Assembly (NCBI GenBank): GCA_963777605.1
Contig: CAVZRV010000029.1
Span: 64,001-128,000, forward strand
Direction of reading: 5' to 3'
From: an uncultured Acidobacteriota bacterium
GTDB taxonomy: Bacteria; Acidobacteriota; UBA6911; RPQK01; JAPXNP01
DNA length: 64,000 nucleotides
Of the stretch, positions 51,439 to 60,298 are shown piece by piece. How positions within the stretch are numbered: position 1 is the stretch's first letter; each line of letters opens with the position of its first letter. A program made the position numbers and the translations under genes. The notes under the pieces were generated by a model. That model was not told where the DNA came from, did no database searches, and was given only the letters and a program-made list of their open reading frames with translations.

Positions 51439-52034
51439 AAGGTCTCCAGCAGGCTCATAAGGCGGTGGATGTTGTAATGCTCCTCTAATTCTTTTACTTC
51501 TGCATCGACCGCGTCAAGACTTCTAATATTCTGTTGGATTCGGGACAATCGGGTGTCTACGCAGCAGGAGATCTTCTCGAGCCCTTTGACGTTGCCAATG
51601 CCGCGCAGGGCGAAGTAGTGACTGAGTGCACGAACCGCCGGGTAGATGAAGAAGATGTTCGGACCCGGCAGAGGGGTCAGAAGCACGCCAAAGAGGGCCA
51701 GCACGGTGTCGATGATCAGCCAGCGCCGGTGTTTGCCATGCTGTCTCTCGATGAGTTGTTCGAATTGCTTCCGGGCGTCTGAACAGTTCAACTGCCCGGG
51801 ATGGTGCAGTTCCAGCGAGCCGGCGAATCGAAGGGTGGCACACAGGTTCTCCTCGTAGTCGAAGCGGCGACGCAGGTTCTCATAGGCGGTGTGAAGCCGG
51901 TAGCGGATGCGCTTGACGAATCCCTCCTCCGGTTCTTCAGAACCGAGCCCTGGTCTTGTCGGCTCGCTGATGAAGAAAAAGAGTCCAGCGGATCGGTCCA
52001 GTACGAACAGGGTCAAAGGCACACGGTGTGACAT
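51435..52034 (-). CDS. Hypothetical membrane protein resembling the mitochondrial K+/H+ exchange-related (Mit_KHE1) family
   Basis: H.RWL...LTPLPGPNIFFIYPAVRALSHYFALRG; family assignment is from recall only. Confidence 0.55.
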   Translation of the reverse strand: MSHRVPLTLFVLDRSAGLFFFISEPTRPGLGSEEPEEGFVKRIRYRLHTAYENLRRRFDYEENLCATLRFAGSLELHHPGQLNCSDARKQFEQLIERQHGKHRRWLIIDTVLALFGVLLTPLPGPNIFFIYPAVRALSHYFALRGIGNVKGLEKISCCVDTRLSRIQQNIRSLDAVDAEVKELEEHYNIHRLMSLLETL

Positions 52035-52043
52035 GGGGGGTGC

Positions 52044-52184
52044 TCACGATTCCTGGTGTTTCTTCGATTGAACATTCGTTCGGTTCCGGGCTTCTTTCCG
52101 GATTGCAAGCGTCAGAGCAGCCAGAAATCCACCCCAGACGATGGTGAGGACTGCAATCATCGTGACCAGTGCCGTGGTACTCAT
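52044..52184 (-). CDS. NSS transporter small subunit (MetS-like), 46 aa
   Basis: MSTTALVTMIAVLTIVWGGFLAALTLAIRKE; ATGA overlap with the NSS gene stop. Confidence 0.75.
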   Translation of the reverse strand: MSTTALVTMIAVLTIVWGGFLAALTLAIRKEARNRTNVQSKKHQES

Positions 52185-53632
52185 CGGCTGAAAATCCTGT
52201 CCGTAATGTACCGGTTCGCAATCAGCAGCAGGGCAACGGCCAGGCCCCATTGGGCCAGGCATGTTGCAACCGACCCTGTTTCCAGCGGGTTCCACCAGGT
52301 GCCCGGCATGGCCTCCGCCACTTGCCAGAACCACCACGCCACCAGAATCACTACCTGCGTCGGGATGGCGATTTGGATCAGTCCGTTATACCATCGCCCG
52401 ACCCGGAGGTTGGTTCCTGAGCCGTTGACCAATTCCTGCCGGAACCGGTCAGCCCCGAAACCGATGACTGCCGAAGCGATCATTGCCCCGCTGACCATCA
52501 GTCCCAGGCCCCAAACCCAGTCCTGGTTCAAGAAGAAGTCTACACTGAGCGCCGACGGCAGGCCGAAAAGGAAGCCGAGGGCCCAGACGAACATCAGCGC
52601 CTTCCCGCGTGGGACTTTCATGTCAACGAGGGCGCGGGTAGTCAACTCGAGCATCGATATCAGGGAACTCAGGGCGGCAAATGTAAGGGCAATAAAAAAG
52701 AAGGCTGCGAAGAAAGCGCCTCCGGGGGTCTGCTGATAGAGTTGGGGAATCCAGATAAAGGTCAACCCCGTATTGGCCGGACCCGCCGAGCGGATGACCT
52801 CTTCGGCCTGGGCCGGGATCACCGCAAAAACCGTGCAGAAGATCGTGATTCCGGCCAGGAGTGAAACCGAGTTGTTGCCCAAGCCAATCAGTGCCGCGTT
52901 GAGTGGGATGTCCTCCTGGTCTCTCATGTAGACCGCGTAAGTCATGATCAAGCCCCAGCCCGCCCCTGTGTCCCAGGCGTTCTGAGTCAACGCCTGGAGC
53001 CAGACCCGGTAATCGAGAAGGGCGTCGAGGTCAGGGGTGAACAGGTAGTCCAGGCCGTGCGTTGCGCCTGGCAGGGTGACAGCACGGATCGCCGAGATGA
53101 TGATCATGACGAGCAGCGACGGGATCAGAAAGCGGTTGGCTCGCTCGATTCCGCGGACGACTCCGCGTCGGATGATCAGGATGCCGATACTGATCGCCAG
53201 GAGGTGGAAAAACACCGGTTGCCAACCGCTCGCCAGAAAATTGTTCCAGTCCTTTGCCGGATCGGCGACCTGTAGAAGTCGTCCGCTGACCGAGAGGTAG
53301 AGGTAGCGGATGCACCAGCCTGTGACGACCGAGTAGTAGAACATGATCGCGGTGGCGACGACCGCGACGAAACCTCCTCGCCAGGCCTGGTTCTTACCAA
53401 TGAGCACCGAAAATGAGCCCCACGGTGCGTAGCGGGCAAACTTCCCGATGGCAAATTCAGCCATGATCAGTGGGATGCTCCAGATGAACAGGAACGCAAC
53501 CCACGGGATAAGAAATGAGCCTCCGCCATTGGCTGCCGCAATGCGGGGAAATCGCCAGATGTTCCCGGTTCCGATGGCGATACCCACAACCGACAGAATC
53601 AGTCCCCAACGCGAACTGAACTGCTCCTTCAT
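52181..53632 (-). CDS. Sodium-dependent transporter (NSS/SNF family)
   Basis: AIGTGNIWRFP, FYYSVVTGW, ALTQNAWDTGAGWG, FAALSSLISMLE. Confidence 0.92.
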   Translation of the reverse strand: MKEQFSSRWGLILSVVGIAIGTGNIWRFPRIAAANGGGSFLIPWVAFLFIWSIPLIMAEFAIGKFARYAPWGSFSVLIGKNQAWRGGFVAVVATAIMFYYSVVTGWCIRYLYLSVSGRLLQVADPAKDWNNFLASGWQPVFFHLLAISIGILIIRRGVVRGIERANRFLIPSLLVMIIISAIRAVTLPGATHGLDYLFTPDLDALLDYRVWLQALTQNAWDTGAGWGLIMTYAVYMRDQEDIPLNAALIGLGNNSVSLLAGITIFCTVFAVIPAQAEEVIRSAGPANTGLTFIWIPQLYQQTPGGAFFAAFFFIALTFAALSSLISMLELTTRALVDMKVPRGKALMFVWALGFLFGLPSALSVDFFLNQDWVWGLGLMVSGAMIASAVIGFGADRFRQELVNGSGTNLRVGRWYNGLIQIAIPTQVVILVAWWFWQVAEAMPGTWWNPLETGSVATCLAQWGLAVALLLIANRYITDRIFSR

Positions 53633-54258
53633 GGCGTACCGGCTCTCAAGTATTCTTCGATGCGGGCTGCGGGATCGGGTGACTCGATGATATCCGATAT
53701 CAGGGCAACCGAATCGACGCCGGCGTCCCAGAGTTCCCGGGCCCGTTCCGGGTCGATTCCGCCAATCGCCACGAGAGGCCTCCGCTTTCGGGCGGCGAGG
53801 GCGGCGATCCGATCGATTCCAAGAGGTGCTCTTACTCCTGGTTTGGTCCGGGATTCGTAGGCCGGGCCGATCGCGACGTAATCCACATCGAGGTTCTGGG
53901 CATGGAGGAACTCCTCTTCCGAGTGGGTCGAGATCCCCACGATCAGGGCTGATCCGCCGATCCTGCGGGCTGCACCAACGGGAAGGTCGTCCTGGCCCAA
54001 GTGGACGCCCGCAGCCCCGGAAGCCAAAGCCAGGTCCAGCCGGTCGTTCACAATCAAAGCGGCATCTCTTTCGGCACAAAGGTGCTGGATGCTGACGAGT
54101 TGCCCCATAAGCGCGTTTGTGGGGAGGTGCTTATCCCGGACCTGGAAGAATCGGATGCCGCAGTCCAGGAATAGCCTTGCCCACCTCTGGTGATTCCAGC
54201 CCTTCAAGTCATTCGAGGCAGTGATCGGATAAATGGGGCCGGGACTGAACCGTCGCAT
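53629..54258 (-). CDS. thiE: Thiamine phosphate synthase
   Basis: QVRDK, IVNDR, GVHLGQDD, GISTH, DYVAIGP, TKP, VAIGGI. Confidence 0.88.
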   Translation of the reverse strand: MRRFSPGPIYPITASNDLKGWNHQRWARLFLDCGIRFFQVRDKHLPTNALMGQLVSIQHLCAERDAALIVNDRLDLALASGAAGVHLGQDDLPVGAARRIGGSALIVGISTHSEEEFLHAQNLDVDYVAIGPAYESRTKPGVRAPLGIDRIAALAARKRRPLVAIGGIDPERARELWDAGVDSVALISDIIESPDPAARIEEYLRAGTP

Positions 54259-54262
54259 GAAC

Positions 54263-55609
54263 CTATTGAAAGAGGCTCCTGATTCGATCTGCCAGGATGA
54301 TTGCGATCGCGATCGGGCACACGAATCGGATCAAGATCGACCAGGCCGGGGCCAGCAGGAACCGCGGATTACTCGATCTGATCTCGGCCACAGCGTTTCG
54401 AATCCCCCATCGCCAACCAATGAAGATGCAGATGAACAAGCCACCAACGATCAGGGCAAGCTTCCCGAAAACGAAGTCCATGTTGGTCAGGAACCCGGCA
54501 AGCATCGAGGAGTAACCCTCTCCGAGGGCACTTGGAATTCCGATGACGAAGGCCAGTCCGCCGATGACGATTGCAGCTCTCTTACGGGGCCAACCCTGCT
54601 GATCAATAAAGTAGGCGACAACAACCTCGAGCATTGAAATCGACGAGGTCAATGCCGCCGTCGCAAGGAGAATGTAGAATGCCGTCCCGAAGGCCTGCCC
54701 GAACGGGATGGCGTTGAAGATGTTCGGGAGCACAAGGAAGATCAGTCCGGGGCCTTCGTCGGGCCGCAGTCCCTGCACCGAAAACAGGGCAGGGAAGATC
54801 GCGAAACCTGCCAGGAAGGCGATCAACAGGTCCGACAGGCTCACGTAAAGGGCGCTCGATGCCAGGTCTTCTTTATTGGACAGGTAGCTCCCGTAGGTGA
54901 TCATCGCTCCCATCCCCAGGCTTAGCGAGAAGAAGGCCTGACCCATCGCCGCGAGCACGACCTGGAAGTTGATTTTGCTGAAGTCGGGATGGAGGTAAAA
55001 CCGGATGCCCTCCATTGCCCCCGGCAGAGTTACGGAGCGAAGCACGAGCAGGAGGAGGATCAGGAAGAGGAACGGCATCAGGATCTTGGTGACCTTTTCG
55101 ATGCCACCCTCCACTCCTCCGGTCACGACCCACACGGTCAGGATCATAAACAAGAGGTGGTAACCAATTGGGGACAGGCTGCCCAGAAATTCTGAGAACG
55201 TGGATGCTATTTGCTGGGTGTCGGCACCCTGGAGACCGCCTTCGAGCGTCAACCAGATGTACTTGAGGGTCCAGCCTGCGATCACACTGTAGTAACTCAG
55301 GATCATCAGGCCGGTCACGACGCCGAGGACTCCGACCAGCTTCCAGGCTGACCCGGGAACGAGTTTCTTGAAGGCTCCTACCGGGTCGCTCTTCGTTCGC
55401 CGGCCGATGGTGAGTTCTGCAACCATCACCGGTACTCCCACCAGGAGGACGCAGAAAAGGTAAACGACGACGAAACCGGCTCCGCCGTACATCCCGACCT
55501 GCGTCGGGAAACCCCAGATGTTGCCCAGCCCAATAGCCGACCCGGCAGCAGCCATGATGAAAGCGAGCTTGGATCCCCACGTTCCCCGGTTGGCCGCTGC
55601 CCCCTTCAC
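54263..55609 (-). CDS. Sodium-dependent transporter (NSS/SNF family)
   Basis: AGSAIGLGNIWGFP, SYYSVIAGW, GQAFFSLSLGMG, AALTSSISMLE. Confidence 0.93.
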   Translation of the reverse strand: MKGAAANRGTWGSKLAFIMAAAGSAIGLGNIWGFPTQVGMYGGAGFVVVYLFCVLLVGVPVMVAELTIGRRTKSDPVGAFKKLVPGSAWKLVGVLGVVTGLMILSYYSVIAGWTLKYIWLTLEGGLQGADTQQIASTFSEFLGSLSPIGYHLLFMILTVWVVTGGVEGGIEKVTKILMPFLFLILLLLVLRSVTLPGAMEGIRFYLHPDFSKINFQVVLAAMGQAFFSLSLGMGAMITYGSYLSNKEDLASSALYVSLSDLLIAFLAGFAIFPALFSVQGLRPDEGPGLIFLVLPNIFNAIPFGQAFGTAFYILLATAALTSSISMLEVVVAYFIDQQGWPRKRAAIVIGGLAFVIGIPSALGEGYSSMLAGFLTNMDFVFGKLALIVGGLFICIFIGWRWGIRNAVAEIRSSNPRFLLAPAWSILIRFVCPIAIAIILADRIRSLFQ

Positions 55610-56952
55610 TAAACGACTCCAATCCTTTCCAGCAAAGAGGTTCCGTAACGGCCATCCACAAACTCGGGGCTGTCGATGATCTTTCGGTGGAGAGGAATGG
55701 TAGTGTCGATGCCCTCAACGATAAACAGGTCGAGCGCCCTTCGCATCCGGGCGAGGGCTTCTGTTCGGTCCGCCCCATAAGCGATCAATTTGGCAATCAG
55801 GGAATCGTAATGGCTCGATACGATCCAATCCTGATAGGCGGTTGAATCAACCCGGACTCCAGGGCCGCCCGGTGGGTTGTACGCGGTGATCTTCCCCGGG
55901 GAGGGTCTGAAATTGGCGGGATTTTCAGCGTTGATCCGGCACTCGATGGCGTGGCCCTGGAACTTGATTTCGTCCTGGGTAAAGCTCAGCGGTTGTCCGG
56001 CGGCGATCTTGATTTGCTCTTTTACGATGTCAACGCCGGTGACCATCTCTGTAATCGGATGCTCGACCTGGATCCGGGTGTTCATCTCGATGAAAAAGAA
56101 GTCACCCGACTCGTCGAAGAGGAACTCCACTGTGCCTGCGCTCTGATAGCCGATCGCACGCATTGCCTCGACGACCCGCGATCCGAGGTCGGCACGAATT
56201 TCCGGGGTCACTACCGGGCTCGGAGTCTCTTCGATCAACTTCTGATGGCGGCGTTGAACCGAGCACTCCCGCTCTCCCAGGTGCACGACGTGCCCGTGCT
56301 CGTCACCCAGGACCTGGAATTCGATGTGTCTGGGATTAACCAGGTAGCGTTCGATGTACACGGCTGATGAGCCGAACGCACTCAACGACTCCGACTGAGC
56401 GGTGTCGAGCGCATCCTGGAGGTCAGCCGGCTTCCGAACGATTCGCATCCCGCGCCCACCTCCGCCTGCCGCTGCCTTGATGATGAGCGGGAAGCCAATC
56501 CCGGCGGCGATGTCATCGAGTCGCGCGGAGGCATCGTCGTCGAGGAGGTTGGAACCGGGAATGATCGGCAGGCCCGCCTCGAGGACCATCTGTCTCGCCT
56601 TCGCCTTGTCGCCCATCGTCTCGATGGCTTCGGGTGTCGGGCCAATGAACTTGATCCCGCAGGTTTCGCAGACTTCCGAGAAGTACGCGCTTTCCGCGAG
56701 GTAGCCATAGCCGGGGTGAATGGCATCGACGTTGGTGATCTCGGCCGCGCTGATAATGCTCGGGATGTTCAAGTAGCTCTCGTAGCTCTTGGCGGGACCG
56801 ATACAGATCGCTTCGTCGGCAAAGCGGACGTGCAGGCTGTGGCGGTCGGCATCCGAATAAACGGCTACCGTGCTGATTCCCAACTCCTTACACGCACAGA
56901 TGATTCTCAGTGCGATCTCGCCGCGGTTTGCGATCAGGACTTTCTTGAACAT
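55609..56952 (-). CDS. accC: Acetyl-CoA carboxylase, biotin carboxylase subunit
   Basis: [43 protein letters not shown]. Confidence 0.96.
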   Translation of the reverse strand: MFKKVLIANRGEIALRIICACKELGISTVAVYSDADRHSLHVRFADEAICIGPAKSYESYLNIPSIISAAEITNVDAIHPGYGYLAESAYFSEVCETCGIKFIGPTPEAIETMGDKAKARQMVLEAGLPIIPGSNLLDDDASARLDDIAAGIGFPLIIKAAAGGGGRGMRIVRKPADLQDALDTAQSESLSAFGSSAVYIERYLVNPRHIEFQVLGDEHGHVVHLGERECSVQRRHQKLIEETPSPVVTPEIRADLGSRVVEAMRAIGYQSAGTVEFLFDESGDFFFIEMNTRIQVEHPITEMVTGVDIVKEQIKIAAGQPLSFTQDEIKFQGHAIECRINAENPANFRPSPGKITAYNPPGGPGVRVDSTAYQDWIVSSHYDSLIAKLIAYGADRTEALARMRRALDLFIVEGIDTTIPLHRKIIDSPEFVDGRYGTSLLERIGVV

Positions 56953-56958
56953 GGTGCG

Positions 56959-57429
56959 TCACGCCGACTTTGAAAGACGAATCTTGAACAATGGTTCGCC
57001 ATATTCTACCGGCTGGCCGTTTTCAACCAGGATAGTGACGATCTCACCGGAAGCGTCGCTTTCGATCTGATTGAAGATCTTCATTGCCTCGATAATGCAC
57101 ACAACTGAGTTCTTGGTTACGTAGTCTCCAACCTGGACGAACGGCTCGGCGTCCGGTTTCGGGGTCAGGTAGAAGGTGCCGACAATTGGGGCCTTGAAAA
57201 CGTACAGGTCCTCTTCTGGTTCCTTGGCAGGAGCGGCTGGTTGGGTTCCAGCAGCCTGGGGTGCACCCGCAGGAACAGCTGGCGAGGCGGTCACCTCGGA
57301 CCCTGCCGAAAGGTGGGCGGGTTTAGAGTTCCGGATCCTGAGCCGGACTCCTGCTTTTTCCATCTCGAACTCCTCGATTCCAGAGTCTTGAATCAGTCCG
57401 AGCAGTTCTTTGATTTCCTTTATATCCAT
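56959..57429 (-). CDS. accB: Biotin carboxyl carrier protein
   Basis: MDIKEIKEL, APIVGTFY, EAMK; AAGGAG RBS before ATG 57429. Confidence 0.95.
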   Translation of the reverse strand: MDIKEIKELLGLIQDSGIEEFEMEKAGVRLRIRNSKPAHLSAGSEVTASPAVPAGAPQAAGTQPAAPAKEPEEDLYVFKAPIVGTFYLTPKPDAEPFVQVGDYVTKNSVVCIIEAMKIFNQIESDASGEIVTILVENGQPVEYGEPLFKIRLSKSA

Positions 57430-57524
57430 TGGCTCTCCTTGGAAAACCCGGGAAACGTAAGGGCACATTGTCGTTAGTCGGGCAAGTTTAGTCAAGAGTG
57501 GAAGGGTTGTCGGAGCCCGGGCTG

Positions 57525-58645
57525 GCCCCTGAAGGGGGCTGACCTGAAACTTCAATCGAGATGAGTTCCTGGTTCCTGGTTTCTCGTTTCTGGAGGGAAA
57601 GTAATCCAGGCATCCCTGCCTGATATGGCGGCCGGGCAGCTTGCCCGGCGGAAGTGAACCTTCTCAATCCAGGGTTCTTGATTTCCGGGTTCTTCTGAAA
57701 TCGTCCGCCACCGGGACTGAATCGCACTTTCAGTGCTGCATTGCCGTCTTGGCTCCGATTCCCGGGGCGTTGCCGCCGGGCTGGAAATGACCCTGCGCCG
57801 TTGGCGCGCTCATCTGGCGATGCTTCACCCGTTTCACTGATTGAATGGTCCGGCGCCGCCGGGGGCGGGGCTGACCTGAGACTTCAATTGGGATGAGTTG
57901 AAGAACCTGGACGAATTGGATGCGTCTGGACGGAGATTGAGGCGATCGGTGGAGAGCCAGGGACGTGATTATCGGCTGGATCCTGGTTCCTGGTCCGGTG
58001 CCGGACGTGGATGAGTGATGATCACGGGATCGGCGCCGGGCGGGCCCCTGAAGGGGGCCTGTTTCCAGCCCAGGCATTTGCCTGGGTTCACGGTCCACCC
58101 ATCAAGAATCCAGCCCTGAAAGGGCGGCACAGCTTCTCCGGACGTGAAGAATCGGCGCGACCTTACAGGCCGCGATCGCCTTGCCGGGACCACAGACCCA
58201 GGGCAAGCCCTGGTCTGAAACCAAGGCGCCTTCCAGCGCCAGGTCGAGTTTCACTCTCTGAATGATCCGCGGAGGGCGCGGGGGCGGGGCTGACCTGAAA
58301 CTTCAATTTGGAAGAACTGGATGATTTCGACGCGTCTGGAAGGAGATTCGGGCGATCGGTGGGACTCAGAAGCCGTGGCTCTCGGCTGGATCCTGGATAC
58401 CCCGATTTCAGAACGCGAGTGAAAGCGAGCGCGGCTCCGGACGATGGTGAGTCACCAGAAGTGCTGCCGGAGGCCGGAACCGCGGGATGGAGTCAAGATC
58501 CAGGACTGGTAATGGATGAGAGTCGGGAGTAGCGCTCGCTTTCACTCGCGTTCTGAACACCGGCCGCGTGCCAGGTCCGGTCTGACAGGCCCAGTTTCAC
58601 TTTGCGAATGGTCCGGTGGCGCCGGGAGGGGGCTGATCTGAGACG
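57525..58645. repeat. Modular tandem repeat array: three modules with conserved junctions and different palindromic cargo
   Basis: GGGGCTGAYCTGARAC at 57535, 57867, 58286 and 58629; GTTTCACT at 57831, 58248 and 58594; modules 2 and 3 share a leader. Confidence 0.85.
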
Positions 58646-58676
58646 TTCCCTCCGTTGAGCGGGAAGTGGCCGCGGA

Positions 58677-59141
58677 TCAGATGAATTTCACCTCGGTGGT
58701 GATGTCGATTGCCCTGTGGATTGAACGGTAAATGGGGCAGTGATCCTGGTGAACTGCATGCACTCGTTCGACTACCTCCACCTGGTCGGAAGCTCCCTTC
58801 AGGTGGTAGGTCACGTGAATCCGTCTGACAACCAGGACCCCTTTCTCGGTTTCAACTTCGCCGGTTGTCTCCGAGACCAGTTTTCCACCGCTTGCGTCAA
58901 TATTGCGCGCTTCCAGCGCGCCCCCGAAGGTACCGGTCAGTCAGCCGGCCGCCGCGGCAACCAGGTAATCGATGGTCGTCGCGTTGGCAGGGAATTCGGC
59001 TGGGTTAACTCCGTAGTGCCGGGCGATGGCCCCGTGAACGCCGAAGCGGACGGCTTCCGGCTCTCCGGGTAGGTAAGCGAGGCGCAGCGGACCTCGTAAA
59101 CGTTCAATGCGGACTTTCGACACGTAAGTCACTTCGGACAT
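58677..59141 (-). CDS. OsmC-like protein with in-frame TGA at the catalytic position (probable selenoprotein, 154 aa)
   Basis: DYLVAAAAG-TGA(58943-58941)-LTGTFGGALEAR...HCPIYRSI...TTEVKFI, stop at 58679-58677; AAAGGAG RBS; downstream hairpin. Confidence 0.82.
58905..58921 (-). promoter_or_regulatory. Candidate bacterial SECIS hairpin
   Basis: GCGCGCU-GGA-AGCGCGC at +20 to +36 after the UGA; the loop starts with G at +27. Confidence 0.55.
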
Positions 59142-59199
59142 GCGAGTTGCTCCTTTGGGATCCTTGGCTGTGACGCGTTGGTTCCCAGTCTATGCCTCA

Positions 59200-59434
59200 G
59201 AACCAGAAGCTTCCACCTGGACCACTCCCTCGGGTTCGGAATCCCAGCCGCCTCCGGGCCTAATCCTCATGTTCTCCAGGTCGCCGAGCGAGGCCCGTAG
59301 CGGACCATTACCCGGACATCGTCACGACCTCGTTGAATTCTCTGAGCTTCTTCCCCGTAGAAGGCCTGGCGGACCTGCCGGGCCAGGTTGAGCTGGGAGA
59401 GGCTCAGGGCCTCGGCTTCCGGCTTGAGCTTGAG
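59200..59434 (-). pseudogene. Degraded internal fragment of an AcrB-family RND permease
   Basis: LKPEAEAL.LS...LARQVRQAFYGEEAQRIQRGRDDVRVMVRY, then after a frameshift SLGDLENMRIR; no flanking gene parts. Confidence 0.7.
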
Positions 59435-59531
59435 TGCAAAACAAAACTGCTGGATCTTCTTTGAACCCTTACGCAAGCTGGTATAGCCTTTCTTTCAGGT
59501 CTTTACTTCAGAGTCACGGGAGGGTGTTGGG

Positions 59532-60053
59532 ATGAAGAAAGCTTTGATTCTCGTTTGCGTTTGTGGGTTTGGTCTGCTCTTGGGACAGGGAAATCAGCGT
59601 GGGACTGCAGGCGTGGTTTTGGGTGATGCCAAGGTCGAGATCGAGTACGGTCGTCCTCTCCTCAATGGACGGGACTGGTCCGGAGTGGAACTCGGGACGG
59701 TTTGGCGCCTTGGTGCCAACAATGCAACAACGTTAACCACGGACCGGAACCTGACCATCGACGGTGTCGCCGTCCCGCCAGGGACGTACGCGCTTCTCGC
59801 GAAGAAGGTTGGGTCCGACGCGTGGGAACTGGTCGTCAGCAAGGACGTGAATGTCGCCGGGAACCAGCGTGACCCCGATCTCGACCTGGGCTCGGTACCA
59901 TTGACGAGCAGTCGACTGAACCAGTCGGTTGAGCAGTTGACCATCAGATTTCGGAAGACCGGCCAGGAAACGGCTACGATGTACGTCGAGTGGGGCGACT
60001 CGGCTTTGGCGGCTCACATCATAGCGGTTTCGGGTCTTCCCGAAGGTTCGTAG
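59532..60053 (+). CDS. DUF2911-like exported protein
   Basis: Signal peptide; IEYGRP...VWRLGAN.AT...PGTYAL...VEQLTI...EW. Confidence 0.78.
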   Translation: MKKALILVCVCGFGLLLGQGNQRGTAGVVLGDAKVEIEYGRPLLNGRDWSGVELGTVWRLGANNATTLTTDRNLTIDGVAVPPGTYALLAKKVGSDAWELVVSKDVNVAGNQRDPDLDLGSVPLTSSRLNQSVEQLTIRFRKTGQETATMYVEWGDSALAAHIIAVSGLPEGS

Positions 60054-60298
60054 CCGGGGACCCGGATGCGGCGATCAGCTCGACCTCACGCCAGACCCGA
60101 TGTAGGTTTGCCGGAGTGATTGGTATGCTTCCCGTTCCTCGTCCGTCATTTTGGCCTGGGCCTCCCGGTTGAGCCGGCGGATCCCCAATTCGTCGCGGAG
60201 CTTCTGGACTGCCTCGGTCCGTTCCGGGGCAGTGTAAGTGTCGATCTCATTAATGATTGGTCTCCTGGGCAAGCAGGCGGCATTCCCTGGCGGAAACC

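Noticed and set aside
57525-58645. CRISPR array (junction ends GTTTCA...TGAAAC resemble some CRISPR repeats)
   Set aside because: Repeats are ~52 bp and degenerate, intervening segments are 280-370 bp and partly homologous to each other, and no cas genes are in the window.
57525-58645. Integron cassette array
   Set aside because: No integrase, no convincing cassette ORFs, and the junction does not fit the RYYYAAC...GTTRRRY attC layout.
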